Below are positions 1-11,951 of a DNA stretch of 64,000 nt, piece by piece. The notes under the pieces are model-generated. The model ran no database searches, was not told where the DNA came from, and saw only the letters and a program-made list of their open reading frames with translations. The DNA is from an uncultured Desulfosarcina sp. Lineage in GTDB: Bacteria > Desulfobacterota > Desulfobacteria > Desulfobacterales > Desulfosarcinaceae. Both the position numbers and the translations under genes were made by a program. The stretch spans positions 3,040,001 through 3,104,000 of the forward strand of contig CAXXWQ010000004.1 of the NCBI GenBank assembly GCA_963674945.2. The letters are read 5' to 3'. The number at the start of each line of letters is the position of its first letter. Within the stretch, counting starts at the first letter, position 1.

Positions 1-776
1 AGTTTGATAAATGTCTTCAGGCTGTGGGTATTTCCCGTTGAAATGATAAAATCTTCCGGTTCTTCCTGTTGAACGATCAGCCAAATCGCCTCTACATAGT
101 CCGGCGCCCATCCCCAGTCCCGCTGAATGTCGATGTTTCCCAATTCCAGTTTGTCTTGCTTTCCTGCGGCGATCCGGCAGGCACCCATGACAATCTTCTG
201 GGTCACGAACCGGGAAGGACGCAATGGGGACTCATGATTGAAAAGAATACCGGAGCTGGTGAAAAGACCATAGGCTTCCCGATAGTTGGCGGTCTGCCAG
301 AATGCGGCTGCTTTGGCCACCGCATATGGGCTGCGAGGCCGAAAGGGAGTCGCCTCCGTTGCCGCGTCTCCGTTGGTATTTCCGAAACATTCACTGGAAG
401 AGGCGTTAAACAGCCGCGTATTGAGCTTAAGGAAACGAAGGGCTTCCAACAGATTCAAGGTTCCGAGGGTTATGCTTTCGAAGGTTTCTACCGGCTGCTC
501 GAAGGAGAGACCCACGGAGGTCTGCCCAGCCAGGTTATAGATTTCGTCCGGCGCGATTTTGCTGAGAACCTGAATCACGCTTCTGAAATCGTTCAGACTC
601 ATGGAGGTAACCTCGACCCGGTCTCGAACGCCCAACCGATGAAGGTTGTGAAATCTGGAGACCTGGGCGTCGCGTGAGGATCCCCACACCGTGTACCCTT
701 TTTCCAACAGAAATTTGGATAAGTAGGCTCCGTCCTGGCCGGAAACACCGATAATCAGCGCTTTTCTATTTTTCAT
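1..776 (-). CDS. gmd: GDP-mannose 4,6-dehydratase (3' end runs off the window)
   Basis: Not in the ORF track. Manual translation from ATG at 776 gives MKNRKALIIGVSGQDGAYLSKFLL...YNLAGQTSVGLSF...SPYAVAK...GILFNHESPLR, with the GxxGQDG, YxxxK and NHES motifs of Gmd. Confidence 0.9.
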   Translation of the reverse strand, partial: MKNRKALIIGVSGQDGAYLSKFLLEKGYTVWGSSRDAQVSRFHNLHRLGVRDRVEVTSMSLNDFRSVIQVLSKIAPDEIYNLAGQTSVGLSFEQPVETFESITLGTLNLLEALRFLKLNTRLFNASSSECFGNTNGDAATEATPFRPRSPYAVAKAAAFWQTANYREAYGLFTSSGILFNHESPLRPSRFVTQKIVMGACRIAAGKQDKLELGNIDIQRDWGWAPDYVEAIWLIVQQEEPEDFIISTGNTHSLKTFIK

Positions 777-961
777 AAACAGTTATATCTCCCAATGAGA
801 ATTGTTTATTATAAAAAGTTGTACATAGTGTGTCAATAAACGCATGGGCACATGATGTTGTGTAAGATGAATCCAAAACGATGAAGGCCTTGACCGTTTA
901 AGGCCATTGGGATACGTAACAGCAAAAATTGATCGATATATTTGAGTTATGCAATAGGCAT

Positions 962-998
962 CAGCCACCCAGGCTCAACGTGGGTGGCTGTTTTTTTT
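962..998 (+). terminator. Intrinsic terminator-like hairpin just upstream of pabA
   Basis: cagccaccca / tgggtggctg 10-bp stem, 9-nt loop, followed by T8. Confidence 0.75.
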
Positions 999-1026
999 AC
1001 GAAGCCGTCAAAGAAGGAGATGTACT

Positions 1027-1695
1027 GTGGTGACGCTTCTGGTAATCGATAATTACGACTCATTTACCTATAACCTGGTGCAGATGTTCATGGGCTATGA
1101 TCTTTCCATCCAGGTGTTCCGTAGTGATTGTATCTCCCTTGATCGGATCAAAGATCTGTCACCGGACTATCTGCTGGTCAGTCCCGGCCCCAAAGACCCG
1201 GAACATGCCGGTATCTCCAAGGCGCTCATCCAAACATTTTACAAGGTAATCCCCATCTTGGGTGTCTGCCTGGGCATGCAGTGCATCAACGAGGTGTTTG
1301 GCGGACGGACAATCCGATCGACGGCGCCCATGCATGGAAAAACCAGTCCGGTGGTTCATGACCAGGAGATGCTTTTTTATGGGATCCCCTCTCCTTTTGC
1401 AGCTGCCCGGTATCACTCCCTAGTGGTTCAGCCTTCGCATTCGGCCCTTGCCCGATCCCTTTGCGTGACCGGTCGCACCGCTGACGGCACGATCATGGGG
1501 CTGTCCCACAGGCACTACCCCCTCCATGGGGTGCAGTTTCATCCGGAGAGTTTCATGACCGAATATGGATTTCCGATCATCGAAAATTTCCTACGTTTGG
1601 GCCCCCTTGGTGCCTCTTTGCCGACAGACAGTTCCGGCAAGACACGAAAAGCCACCCAATCCAAGGGGACGATAACGGAGGCGGCACTTTGCTGA
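1027..1695 (+). CDS. pabA: Aminodeoxychorismate/anthranilate synthase component II (glutamine amidotransferase)
   Basis: IDNYDSFTYNL, SPGP, GVCLGMQ, RYHSL and GVQFHPES motifs; AAGGAG SD; coupled to a pabB-like gene. Confidence 0.9.
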   Translation: MVTLLVIDNYDSFTYNLVQMFMGYDLSIQVFRSDCISLDRIKDLSPDYLLVSPGPKDPEHAGISKALIQTFYKVIPILGVCLGMQCINEVFGGRTIRSTAPMHGKTSPVVHDQEMLFYGIPSPFAAARYHSLVVQPSHSALARSLCVTGRTADGTIMGLSHRHYPLHGVQFHPESFMTEYGFPIIENFLRLGPLGASLPTDSSGKTRKATQSKGTITEAALC

Positions 1696-3968
1696 ACCGG
1701 CTGGCGGACCGATTGGACGGCATCGAAGAGGTCCGAACCCGGACCGTTCATCTGCAAGAACCCTTTTCGGATATGGGTGCCCGCTTTGCCGGCGAGCCGG
1801 GCAGTGTCGTCCTGCTGAGCGGCGGGGATCTGGATTGTGCCCGCCACCACATTCTGGCCATCCGCCCCTGGATGACCATCGCCGGGTGGCGGGACAGGAC
1901 GATTGTCACCCTTGACGGCGAGGAGCTGACCTTTTCCCATCCACCACTGGACGTGTTGGAAACGGTCCTGGACCGTTGTCATCTTCCCGTGGCGCAAGAG
2001 CAAGGACCCATTTGTGCCGGACTCTTCGGATACCTGGCCTATGACCTGAAAGACACCTTGGAGGTTCTGCCCCGAACCACCATCGACCCCTTGAACCTGC
2101 CCCATCTGTTTTTGGTGGCACCGTCGCTGATCGTGGTCCGGGACAAGACCAGTGGAACCACGGTGGTACACGCGCCCGTTCGCCGGGGGCATCCTATGGA
2201 AGCGGCCGAAGCCGCCATCGATGGATTCCTCCAACGCCTGAAGGACCCGTTGCCCGTGTCCGGCGGTTTTTCCGTGATGGGGGCGGCACCAAAATCCAAT
2301 TTCACCCGGGACGCGTACCTCGCTTCCGTGCAACGGATCCGGGAATACATCGCAGCCGGTGACGTCTATCAGGTCAACCTCTCCCAGCGGTTCGAGACGG
2401 GCTTCCACGGAGATGGGTACGACCTTTTCCGGACCCTGTACAGGATGAATCCCGCCCCTTTTTTCGCCTTTGTTCACGCCGGCGACCACCAGATCGTCTC
2501 CACTTCACCCGAACGGTTTCTTTGTCAAAGGGGGCGACGGGTGGAGACCCGTCCCATCAAGGGCACACGACCCAGGGGCAAGACGGAGCAGGAGGATCGG
2601 GCGATGCGGGCGGATTTGATCCAAAGTCCAAAGGATGCCGCAGAGCTGTCCATGATCGTGGACCTGCTTCGAAACGACATCGGTAAGGTGTGCGCAGGCG
2701 GATCGGTGGCGGTCTCGGCCCATAAGCGATTGGAAGCCTATCAGAACGTCCATCACCTGGTATCCGATGTCACGGGGACCCTGGCGAAAGGGAGGAGCAC
2801 CGTGGATCTGATCCGGGCCACCTTTCCCGGCGGCTCCATCACCGGCTGCCCCAAGATTCGTTCCATGGAGATCATCGACGAGTTGGAAACCCACTGCCGC
2901 CATATCTACACCGGTTCCATCGGATACATCGGATTCGATGACACCATGGATCTCTCCATCGCCATCCGCACGGCGACCATCGCAGGAGATCGCCTCGTTT
3001 TTTCCGTCGGAGGCGGCATCGTTTTCGATTCCGATCCCGAGGACGAATACGACGAGACCCTTCACAAGGGCCAGACCCTCATGAAAGCCCTTACGGCAAA
3101 AGGATCGGACCTTTCGGAAGATGGGGCGGAAAAACCATGGGTATGGCAGGATGGCCGTCTGATTCCCCTCGAAGCGGCATCGGTTTCGGCCGCCGACCTG
3201 GGATTGCAGTACGGATTCGGCTTTTTCGAAACGATTCGGGTGGAAAAGGGATCGATCTGCCGACTCGATGCCCATATCCTTCGGTTCGACCGGGCGTGGA
3301 AGAATCTTTTTCCCGGGCCGCCGCCCGATGTGACCTGGAAGGAGATCATCGGGCAGGTGATCGAGAAAAACCGGCTGACCGATACCGTCGCGGCAGTCAA
3401 GATTCTCGCCACCCGGGGAGACGGTAACGGCGGGCGTACCAACGGCACCCTGGTGGTTTTGGCCCGGTCCTATCGCCATCGTCTGGCGGTTCTGGGATCG
3501 ACCGGTTTGAGACTGGCCACCTACCCCAAACCGCGCCAGACCCCGTTGGCGGACCATAAAACATTGAATTATCTCTACTACCACCTGGCCGGTCTCTGGG
3601 CACGGGCCCAGGGTGCCGACGAGGCGGTCATCCTCAATCCCGACGGCACCCTTTCCGAGACCAACACGGCCAGTATCCTGGTGGTATCGGAAAGAGGTGT
3701 CCGGGTTCCCCACTCGCCCCACGTTCTCGACGGTACGATGCAACAGGCAGTGGTAAGACGCCTGGAAGCCATGGGGTATACCATCGAGACGAAACCGATG
3801 CTCCCGGCGGACATCTCGGATACGGACATGGTTCTTCTCACCAACAGCCTCATGGGTGCCGTGCCTGCCCTCTCTTTGGATGAACGGCAACTGACTTTCG
3901 ATGCTTCGCTTTTGGACTCAATCAATGAGGAAACACGGCAAAGAGACAAGCCCGCCTGCGATACGTAG
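1689..3968 (+). CDS. pabB: Aminodeoxychorismate synthase component I fused to a class IV aminotransferase/ADC lyase domain (PabB-PabC fusion)
   Basis: Chorismate-binding motifs YQVNLSQR, SPERF, PIKGT, MIVDLLRND, FPGGSITGCPK; C-terminal YGFGFFETIR, HKTLNYL and GTMQQ motifs of PLP fold IV. Confidence 0.88.
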   Translation: MLNRLADRLDGIEEVRTRTVHLQEPFSDMGARFAGEPGSVVLLSGGDLDCARHHILAIRPWMTIAGWRDRTIVTLDGEELTFSHPPLDVLETVLDRCHLPVAQEQGPICAGLFGYLAYDLKDTLEVLPRTTIDPLNLPHLFLVAPSLIVVRDKTSGTTVVHAPVRRGHPMEAAEAAIDGFLQRLKDPLPVSGGFSVMGAAPKSNFTRDAYLASVQRIREYIAAGDVYQVNLSQRFETGFHGDGYDLFRTLYRMNPAPFFAFVHAGDHQIVSTSPERFLCQRGRRVETRPIKGTRPRGKTEQEDRAMRADLIQSPKDAAELSMIVDLLRNDIGKVCAGGSVAVSAHKRLEAYQNVHHLVSDVTGTLAKGRSTVDLIRATFPGGSITGCPKIRSMEIIDELETHCRHIYTGSIGYIGFDDTMDLSIAIRTATIAGDRLVFSVGGGIVFDSDPEDEYDETLHKGQTLMKALTAKGSDLSEDGAEKPWVWQDGRLIPLEAASVSAADLGLQYGFGFFETIRVEKGSICRLDAHILRFDRAWKNLFPGPPPDVTWKEIIGQVIEKNRLTDTVAAVKILATRGDGNGGRTNGTLVVLARSYRHRLAVLGSTGLRLATYPKPRQTPLADHKTLNYLYYHLAGLWARAQGADEAVILNPDGTLSETNTASILVVSERGVRVPHSPHVLDGTMQQAVVRRLEAMGYTIETKPMLPADISDTDMVLLTNSLMGAVPALSLDERQLTFDASLLDSINEETRQRDKPACDT

Positions 3969-4039
3969 ATGGTTTTTCAATTGGATGGTAATTCCAGGCC
4001 GGGTGTAACCGGTTGATAAGACATTACAGAAGGCGCCGA

Positions 4040-4654
4040 ATGAAAAAAAAGAAAGCTCGTCTGGATACTCTCGATGGGGTCTTGGAAGATGCCTGGAAGA
4101 TGCTCTTGCGGGGGGCCAAGCGTTCCGATGATCCGTTTCACTGTCCGGTGCTGGGGAGTACGGGGCAGCATGGCTGCAACCTGCGCACGGTGATTCTCAG
4201 GCAGGTTCTTGTTCCCAAGAGGATGCTGGTTTGTCATACGGATGCCAGAGCGCCCAAGGCCGATGAGATTCAAGTATCCGAACGGATCGCTTGGCTCTTT
4301 TACCACCCCAAAAAAAAGGTGCAACTCAGGATTTACGGAAAGGCGACGCTGCATCGGGACGATTCCATGGCCGATGAGCAATGGGCCGCCTCCGGTATAA
4401 CGAGCCGACTCAATTACGCCGCCCGCCAGCCTCCAGGCACGCCGGTGGCGCATCCCACCTCGGGTTTGCCCGATATCTTGCGGAACAAGGTCCCCTCCCT
4501 GCTGGAAAGCGAGACGGTGCGCCCACATTTCATGGCGATTGCCTGTCACTTCGACGCCATGGACTGGCTTCGGCTGAGCCTTATGGGAAACCGGCGGGCC
4601 CGGTTTGCCTGGGATGATAAAGACGGTTTGCAGGCTACCTGGTTGGTTCCCTGA
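4040..4654 (+). CDS. Pyridoxamine 5'-phosphate oxidase family FMN-binding protein
   Basis: LRTVILR, HTDARAPK, WLFYHP..KVQLR, DWLRL and WLVP pattern; start moved to ATG at 4040. Confidence 0.8.
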   Translation: MKKKKARLDTLDGVLEDAWKMLLRGAKRSDDPFHCPVLGSTGQHGCNLRTVILRQVLVPKRMLVCHTDARAPKADEIQVSERIAWLFYHPKKKVQLRIYGKATLHRDDSMADEQWAASGITSRLNYAARQPPGTPVAHPTSGLPDILRNKVPSLLESETVRPHFMAIACHFDAMDWLRLSLMGNRRARFAWDDKDGLQATWLVP

Positions 4655-4728
4655 TTGCTGGGGGAACATTCGTGACGGCGGAAGGAGAAAAAGACAGATC
4701 GGAAAACCCACAATAATAGAATTAAAGT

Positions 4729-6226
4729 CAATGTCGTTAACTTAACCGATCGGCTTGTACTGAGGAAAATATATGCGCGGTTTCGCTTTGTGTTTGCGCG
4801 GATATTTTCTCCCCGGCCTAATCGGTTCAACGGTTCTTTGAAAAATATATTGCAAATCGGCGATCAATCGTTTGATCATCCTTTTCGTATCGAGAAACAG
4901 CAAGACGATCACACCTTTACTTTTTGACAGCGCCTGGGTGAAATTGATCTGGTATCGGTGTTTTTTATCCACAATGTCATTGTCCATCTGGTCTTGGACA
5001 GGAAAAGCCATCATCCAGACCAGGTTTTTGGCGAAAATCTTTGCGTGAAAGTCTTGATACACAGACAGCGCAGATTGGCCAGAAAAGTTTTCCAGTTCCA
5101 TCCGGCATTTGATGATTTTGTAATCCTCTTCCACTGGCCATCTTTTGTGGTAAAGATCGCTAAACAGTTCGATTGGATATGTTCCCTTGTCAATCAGCGA
5201 AGTCATTAGCACGGCAACCTTCCCATCGTTTTCAATGCGGATCAGACGAAGTTTTAAAGGGGTTGTGTCCAACCCCATCTGTTTGCATTGGGAAACGGAG
5301 GTAGGATGAACAGGCACGGTAACAATCTTTTCCGATAGCCCGGAATGAAAAAACTTACGAACGACTTTCCATTTCGTACAAGACACGCGGGCACAGAAGT
5401 TGGCCTCCATGGAAAGGATCAGGTTAAAAAGCCACCATGCCGGGTACCCCCTATCGAGAAGGATCAAATCCTTGGGCATGACGTTTAGCATGTGTTGCGC
5501 CGCCAGTTCGCGTTCACCGATACGTTTGGGCTTGATAAGGGCATCGACGGTCATTTTGTTGAGGACATCGAAAAGCTGAGAAACCCTTGCCATGGGAGAT
5601 GGCGCACCCTGACGAACGTTCCAAACGCCAAAATGCTGGGCGACATCATCCGTCACCGGCAATTTTGTTGTAGAACCGTCAATGGCCAGCAACCGGAACC
5701 CGAACCACAACTTGGGACGAAAATGCTTTTCAAAATAGATGATTAACTGTAAATTCAATTCAACAAAGGCTTCATACTTGAGCTTCATTCGCGCTTTTGT
5801 TAAAGCTGCTTTCGATACGACCCGTCTTGCCACATCGAAGCGGCATAATGTCTTGAAGAATCTATCCAGTTCGTCCTGGTATGAACCTTTGACAAGGTTG
5901 ATGAGAAAAACGATCAAGACATGAAACGGAAGTTTTCTATTCCGTGTGAAATCGTTCTTGTTTTTTCTGTGGCGAGCGATGAAGTCAGGAGAGGAGATAA
6001 TTTCTCTTATAAATTCAATTGTTTTGGCACATACATTGAAAATCAGGTTTCGTGCCAAAGTTACCAAATTTCTCGCTAATTTTCGACATGGTATGCTCCT
6101 TTTGATTATATAACTGGCTGTTATTATTGAAAGTGAGTATACCATGTCGATCCACCTAATACAACATAATTTGCAATATATTTGATATGTTATGCCGTTT
6201 AACTGCTTCTTAAGTTAATGGCATTG
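4729..6226 (-). mobile_element. Complete IS4-family insertion sequence (1498 bp)
   Basis: 17-bp terminal inverted repeats caatgtcgttaacttaa (4729-4745) and ttaagttaatggcattg (6210-6226), 15/17 match. Perfect 10-bp direct repeat gaattaaagt at 4719-4728 and 6227-6236. Confidence 0.93.
4742..6145 (-). CDS. IS4 family DDE transposase (true start may be downstream)
   Basis: AIDGS, LLDRGY and YHKRWPVEEDYKIIK (YREK signature); FTRNRKL N-terminus. Confidence 0.92.
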   Translation of the reverse strand: MVYSLSIITASYIIKRSIPCRKLARNLVTLARNLIFNVCAKTIEFIREIISSPDFIARHRKNKNDFTRNRKLPFHVLIVFLINLVKGSYQDELDRFFKTLCRFDVARRVVSKAALTKARMKLKYEAFVELNLQLIIYFEKHFRPKLWFGFRLLAIDGSTTKLPVTDDVAQHFGVWNVRQGAPSPMARVSQLFDVLNKMTVDALIKPKRIGERELAAQHMLNVMPKDLILLDRGYPAWWLFNLILSMEANFCARVSCTKWKVVRKFFHSGLSEKIVTVPVHPTSVSQCKQMGLDTTPLKLRLIRIENDGKVAVLMTSLIDKGTYPIELFSDLYHKRWPVEEDYKIIKCRMELENFSGQSALSVYQDFHAKIFAKNLVWMMAFPVQDQMDNDIVDKKHRYQINFTQALSKSKGVIVLLFLDTKRMIKRLIADLQYIFQRTVEPIRPGRKYPRKHKAKPRIYFPQYKPIG

Positions 6227-6449
6227 GAATTAAAGTTATTCCAAGGATACAACCAAATCGTTTCTTCGAGGTGCATGATTATAATCGTTTTCGCTCCAAA
6301 ATGAAGCGATGATTGGTTAGACAGCCAACAACGTATTGATATTAAAAATGAAATGATGTTTGCATCATAATGAATCAATCAGAGAAGATGCGAAAAAAGC
6401 AGCACTCGCCCATCGCGGTGCAGGATCATCGCCCGCTCGATCACATTTC

Positions 6450-6833
6450 TCAGTTTTTCTTTTTTAAAAGGGCCTCTAAATTGGCGAATGGCCGGTGGGT
6501 AAGGCCGTCTTCCTCCCTATCCCGATCGGGATTGCCACTTTCGTCGTAGGCTTCGGCCACCTCCAGACGTCCGTGTTCGTTGTCATGGCAGTAGATGCAC
6601 AAAAGTTCCCAGTTACTGCCGTCGGGCGGGTTATTGTCGTGGTTGTGGTCCCGATGGTGGACGGTCAGTTCTTTGAGCTTTTTTCCGGAAAACTCCCGGC
6701 CACAACGGCCGCACACATGGGGATACATCTTAAGGGCCTTCTCACGATAGGTGTTTTCCCGTTCTTTCATGTGGCGGCGGGCTTCGATCACCACGTTGGA
6801 GAGATTGCCGGATTCTTTTTTACGATTGGACAT
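6450..6833 (-). CDS. yajD: YajD-family HNH endonuclease
   Basis: YREKALKMYPHVCGRCGREF...LTVHHRDHNHDNNPPDGSNWELLCIYCHDNEH. Confidence 0.88.
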   Translation of the reverse strand: MSNRKKESGNLSNVVIEARRHMKERENTYREKALKMYPHVCGRCGREFSGKKLKELTVHHRDHNHDNNPPDGSNWELLCIYCHDNEHGRLEVAEAYDESGNPDRDREEDGLTHRPFANLEALLKKKN

Positions 6834-7409
6834 GGCTGCCTCCTTACGTCACGAATTCGTTTCTTCCGATACGGACAGATTTATAGACCAAAGTCAGGCT
6901 ATTTTCCACATCCATTTGGTAATGGGCCACCGTGTCTAAAAAGCGAGTGTTTTACGGAACAGTAATACCATCTGCTTGTTCACGATAAATTTTGCCGTTG
7001 ATCAGAGGCGCATATATCCCAACAATTGACAAGGATGCAATTCGGGAGCTATTCTCAACGTATGCCCACTTGATTCAAACGCTGGAAGTGCACTGATTGT
7101 GTAATGTACCGTATTAATATCCTCCTCCTCTGTTATATTGGCATGAAGATCAGAATTCGTTGACAATTTTGATACTTTCGCCTGCTTAATGATGTTTTGA
7201 TTATCTGTACGGTTTTTCCATTGTTTTTCTTTCTTCAGCAGGTTCATTCTTGTCCATTATTTTGATTTCAAACGAAATTATTCCGGAAACGGAGCCATGA
7301 AAAAATATACCTTCTATAAAAAATCCTCATTACCGAGGTCACTTTGTCGTCACGCACCATGAGATTACATGAAACTTGACCAATAAACCTTTCAGAAGGA
7401 GAAATACCA

Positions 7410-9494
7410 ATGAGTGAAAAATCCGTTTACAGTGTCTGCGGCATGTGTACGGTGCGTTGCCCCATCCACGTGACCACCGAAAACGGCAAGGTGCAATTCA
7501 TTCAAGGCAATCCCCATTTGAAGGGCATCGAAGGAGCGATATGCGGCCGTGGCGCGGCGGGAACCGCCCTGATAGAGGACCATGAACGGCCCCAATATCC
7601 CATGATACGCGTCGGAGGGCGCGGCGACGGGAATTGGCGTAAGGTCACCTGGGACGAAGCGCTGAATTATGTAGCCGACCGACTCAAAACGATTTTTGCG
7701 CAATACGGAGCCAAAAGTCTGCTTTTAACGGACAGGGGAGGCCCTTTCCGGGATTTCCATCGGGCCTTTCTCCGTGGACTCGGAACCCCCAACTATTGCA
7801 ATCACGACGGCTCCTGCGCCCGAAACGTCCAGCACGCCGCACTGTCTGTCTTTGGCTTCGGCCGCAAGGGAGTGGTCTACGATCTGAGCAACGCCCGACA
7901 TGTGGTACTCCAGACGCGAAACATCTTCGAGGCCATCAACGTCCGTGAAGTCAATGAACTGATCGGGGCCCTGGAGAACGGGTGCAAGCTGACGGTAATC
8001 GACATCCGGTCAACCGCCAGCTCGGCCAAGGCCCACAATTTCTTTCAGATTCGACCGGGCACGGACTATGGTTTCAATCTGGCTGTGATTCACGAACTGA
8101 TCACCCAAAAACGCTACGACCAGGACTACGTCAAACGCCATTTCAAGGATTTTGACGAACTGGTGAGATTTATCCAACCCTACACCCCACAGTGGGCCGA
8201 AGAGGAGACCGGCATTCCGGCTAACCGGCTGGTCAATTTCGTCCGGGAACTGGCAGATGAAAAGCCGGCGGTTTTGTGGCATCCGGGATGGATGAACGCC
8301 AGGTACAAGAACTCATTTTACATGTCCCGCAGTATCTACATCATTAACGCCCTTCTGGGGTCTGTCGGCGCCAAGGGTGGCCTGCCGCTGGTCAACAAAC
8401 CCGGAGACTACGACCGTAAAGGGCTCAATAAACTCATGGACCTTTACGAGAAGCCCACCGAAAAGCGTGCCGACGGTGCCGGCTGGAAATATCCCCACTT
8501 CGAGTCCGGGCCGGGCATTACGCATCTAGCGTTCAAGGCTATCGAATCCGAGGATCCCTATCCGCTAAAAGCGTACATCGCATACCGACACGACCCCCTC
8601 ATGGGGTTTCCGGACCCCGACGGCCTGAAGAAGGTTTTCGACAAGCTGGACCTTATGGTGTCCATTACCTTTTCATGGTCTGATACGGCCTGGTATTCCG
8701 ACGTCGTGCTACCGCTGTCTCCCTACCTGGAACGGCAGACCGTTATTGCCACCAAAAACGACTTGCTTCCCTACTTTTTTATCCGTCGTCAGGCAGTGCT
8801 TCCCACCTTCGATACCAAGTGCGACTGGGAGATTTTTTCCGAATTGTCCAAACGGATGGGGCTCGAAAAGCTCATTTTTGACAACGTGGAGGACTTGTGG
8901 AATTTCCAGCTCGAAGGGACCGGGGTCAGCCTGTCGGATTTCGACAAAACCGGGATCGTGCTGTTGGGTGATGAACCCAAATACCGGGATGTAGCGGAAC
9001 TCGATTTTAAAACCCCCTCGGGCAAGATCGAGATGATCTGTAAAACGTTGGAAGACCAAGGAATTCCATCCCTGAAACCATACGAATCGCCTGCCGCTCC
9101 CAAAGAGGGCCAGTTCCGTTTGACTTTTGGTCGCTGTGCGGTCCACACACAGGGCCACACCGTCAACAATCCCATACTCTTCGAACAAATGCCCGAAAAC
9201 GTTCTGTGGATCAACGACGTGGAGGCCAATAAGCTGGGTATCAAGGACAAGGATCTGGTAAATGTCTCCAACAATGGCCATACCGGGCAGATCCGGGCCA
9301 ACGTTACCGAGAATATCCATCCGGAAGCCGTCTTTGTGGTCCACGGCTTTGGACACCAATTGCCGGTAGAAAGCCGTGCCTTCGGTCGAGGGCTGGCCGA
9401 TAATAAATTAATGCCCAATGGCTACGAGATTTACGATATCGCCGGTGGCGGCGTCGCTTTCCAGGAACATTTTGTTTCAGTAAAAAAAGCGTAA
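7410..9494 (+). CDS. Mo/W-bisPGD oxidoreductase catalytic subunit, thiosulfate/polysulfide reductase (PhsA/PsrA)-like, no Tat signal
   Basis: N-terminal CGMCTVRC...CGRG [4Fe-4S] motif, IRPGTD, SDTAWYSDVVLP, TPSGKIE and a C-terminal HTQGHT MopB_CT domain; AAGGAG SD. Confidence 0.85.
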   Translation: MSEKSVYSVCGMCTVRCPIHVTTENGKVQFIQGNPHLKGIEGAICGRGAAGTALIEDHERPQYPMIRVGGRGDGNWRKVTWDEALNYVADRLKTIFAQYGAKSLLLTDRGGPFRDFHRAFLRGLGTPNYCNHDGSCARNVQHAALSVFGFGRKGVVYDLSNARHVVLQTRNIFEAINVREVNELIGALENGCKLTVIDIRSTASSAKAHNFFQIRPGTDYGFNLAVIHELITQKRYDQDYVKRHFKDFDELVRFIQPYTPQWAEEETGIPANRLVNFVRELADEKPAVLWHPGWMNARYKNSFYMSRSIYIINALLGSVGAKGGLPLVNKPGDYDRKGLNKLMDLYEKPTEKRADGAGWKYPHFESGPGITHLAFKAIESEDPYPLKAYIAYRHDPLMGFPDPDGLKKVFDKLDLMVSITFSWSDTAWYSDVVLPLSPYLERQTVIATKNDLLPYFFIRRQAVLPTFDTKCDWEIFSELSKRMGLEKLIFDNVEDLWNFQLEGTGVSLSDFDKTGIVLLGDEPKYRDVAELDFKTPSGKIEMICKTLEDQGIPSLKPYESPAAPKEGQFRLTFGRCAVHTQGHTVNNPILFEQMPENVLWINDVEANKLGIKDKDLVNVSNNGHTGQIRANVTENIHPEAVFVVHGFGHQLPVESRAFGRGLADNKLMPNGYEIYDIAGGGVAFQEHFVSVKKA

Positions 9495-9517
9495 CAAAAA
9501 AAATAGCTGATGCTTAC

Positions 9518-9595
9518 AATTCCGCGCCGCCGCCGACCTTTGGCCGGTTTGAACGGCAACTGAAACGATGCCATTTTGGCGTAGTTTCATACGAG
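9518..9595. repeat. 78-bp intergenic repeat, copy 1 (copy 2 at 62098-62175)
   Basis: 75/78 identical to 62098-62175 by direct comparison; contains hairpin tgaaac..tgcca-ttt-tggcgtagtttca. Confidence 0.9.
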
Positions 9596-9732
9596 TAGTG
9601 TTGGATGATACTACCGAATAACGACTGGTGCATTCGGCGAAAACAAAGAGATTGTTATGGAACTCTCCAGGACTACGTTGCTTTCGCGTAGACGAGTCTC
9701 CAGATCAATTTGCCGTTTATGGATGGAGACGT

Positions 9733-11814
<2,082 letters not shown>

Positions 11815-11951
11815 TCATCGTCCCACTGACGAGGAACCATACCATTACCGAATTTGGCGAACAAGGGTTCAAAAAACTCGGGTCAGAAAAAACGAATTTG
11901 GGGCGTACTGGTCGTATGGACCAAAGGCGATGGAAGGGCGATGAAAAATGG

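Noticed and set aside
69..677. 202-aa plus-strand ORF
   Set aside because: Antisense shadow of gmd, which carries all the family motifs on the minus strand.
7002..7247. 81-aa minus-strand ORF upstream of the molybdoenzyme
   Set aside because: No recognisable motif; lies in an AT-rich promoter region; cannot be supported.
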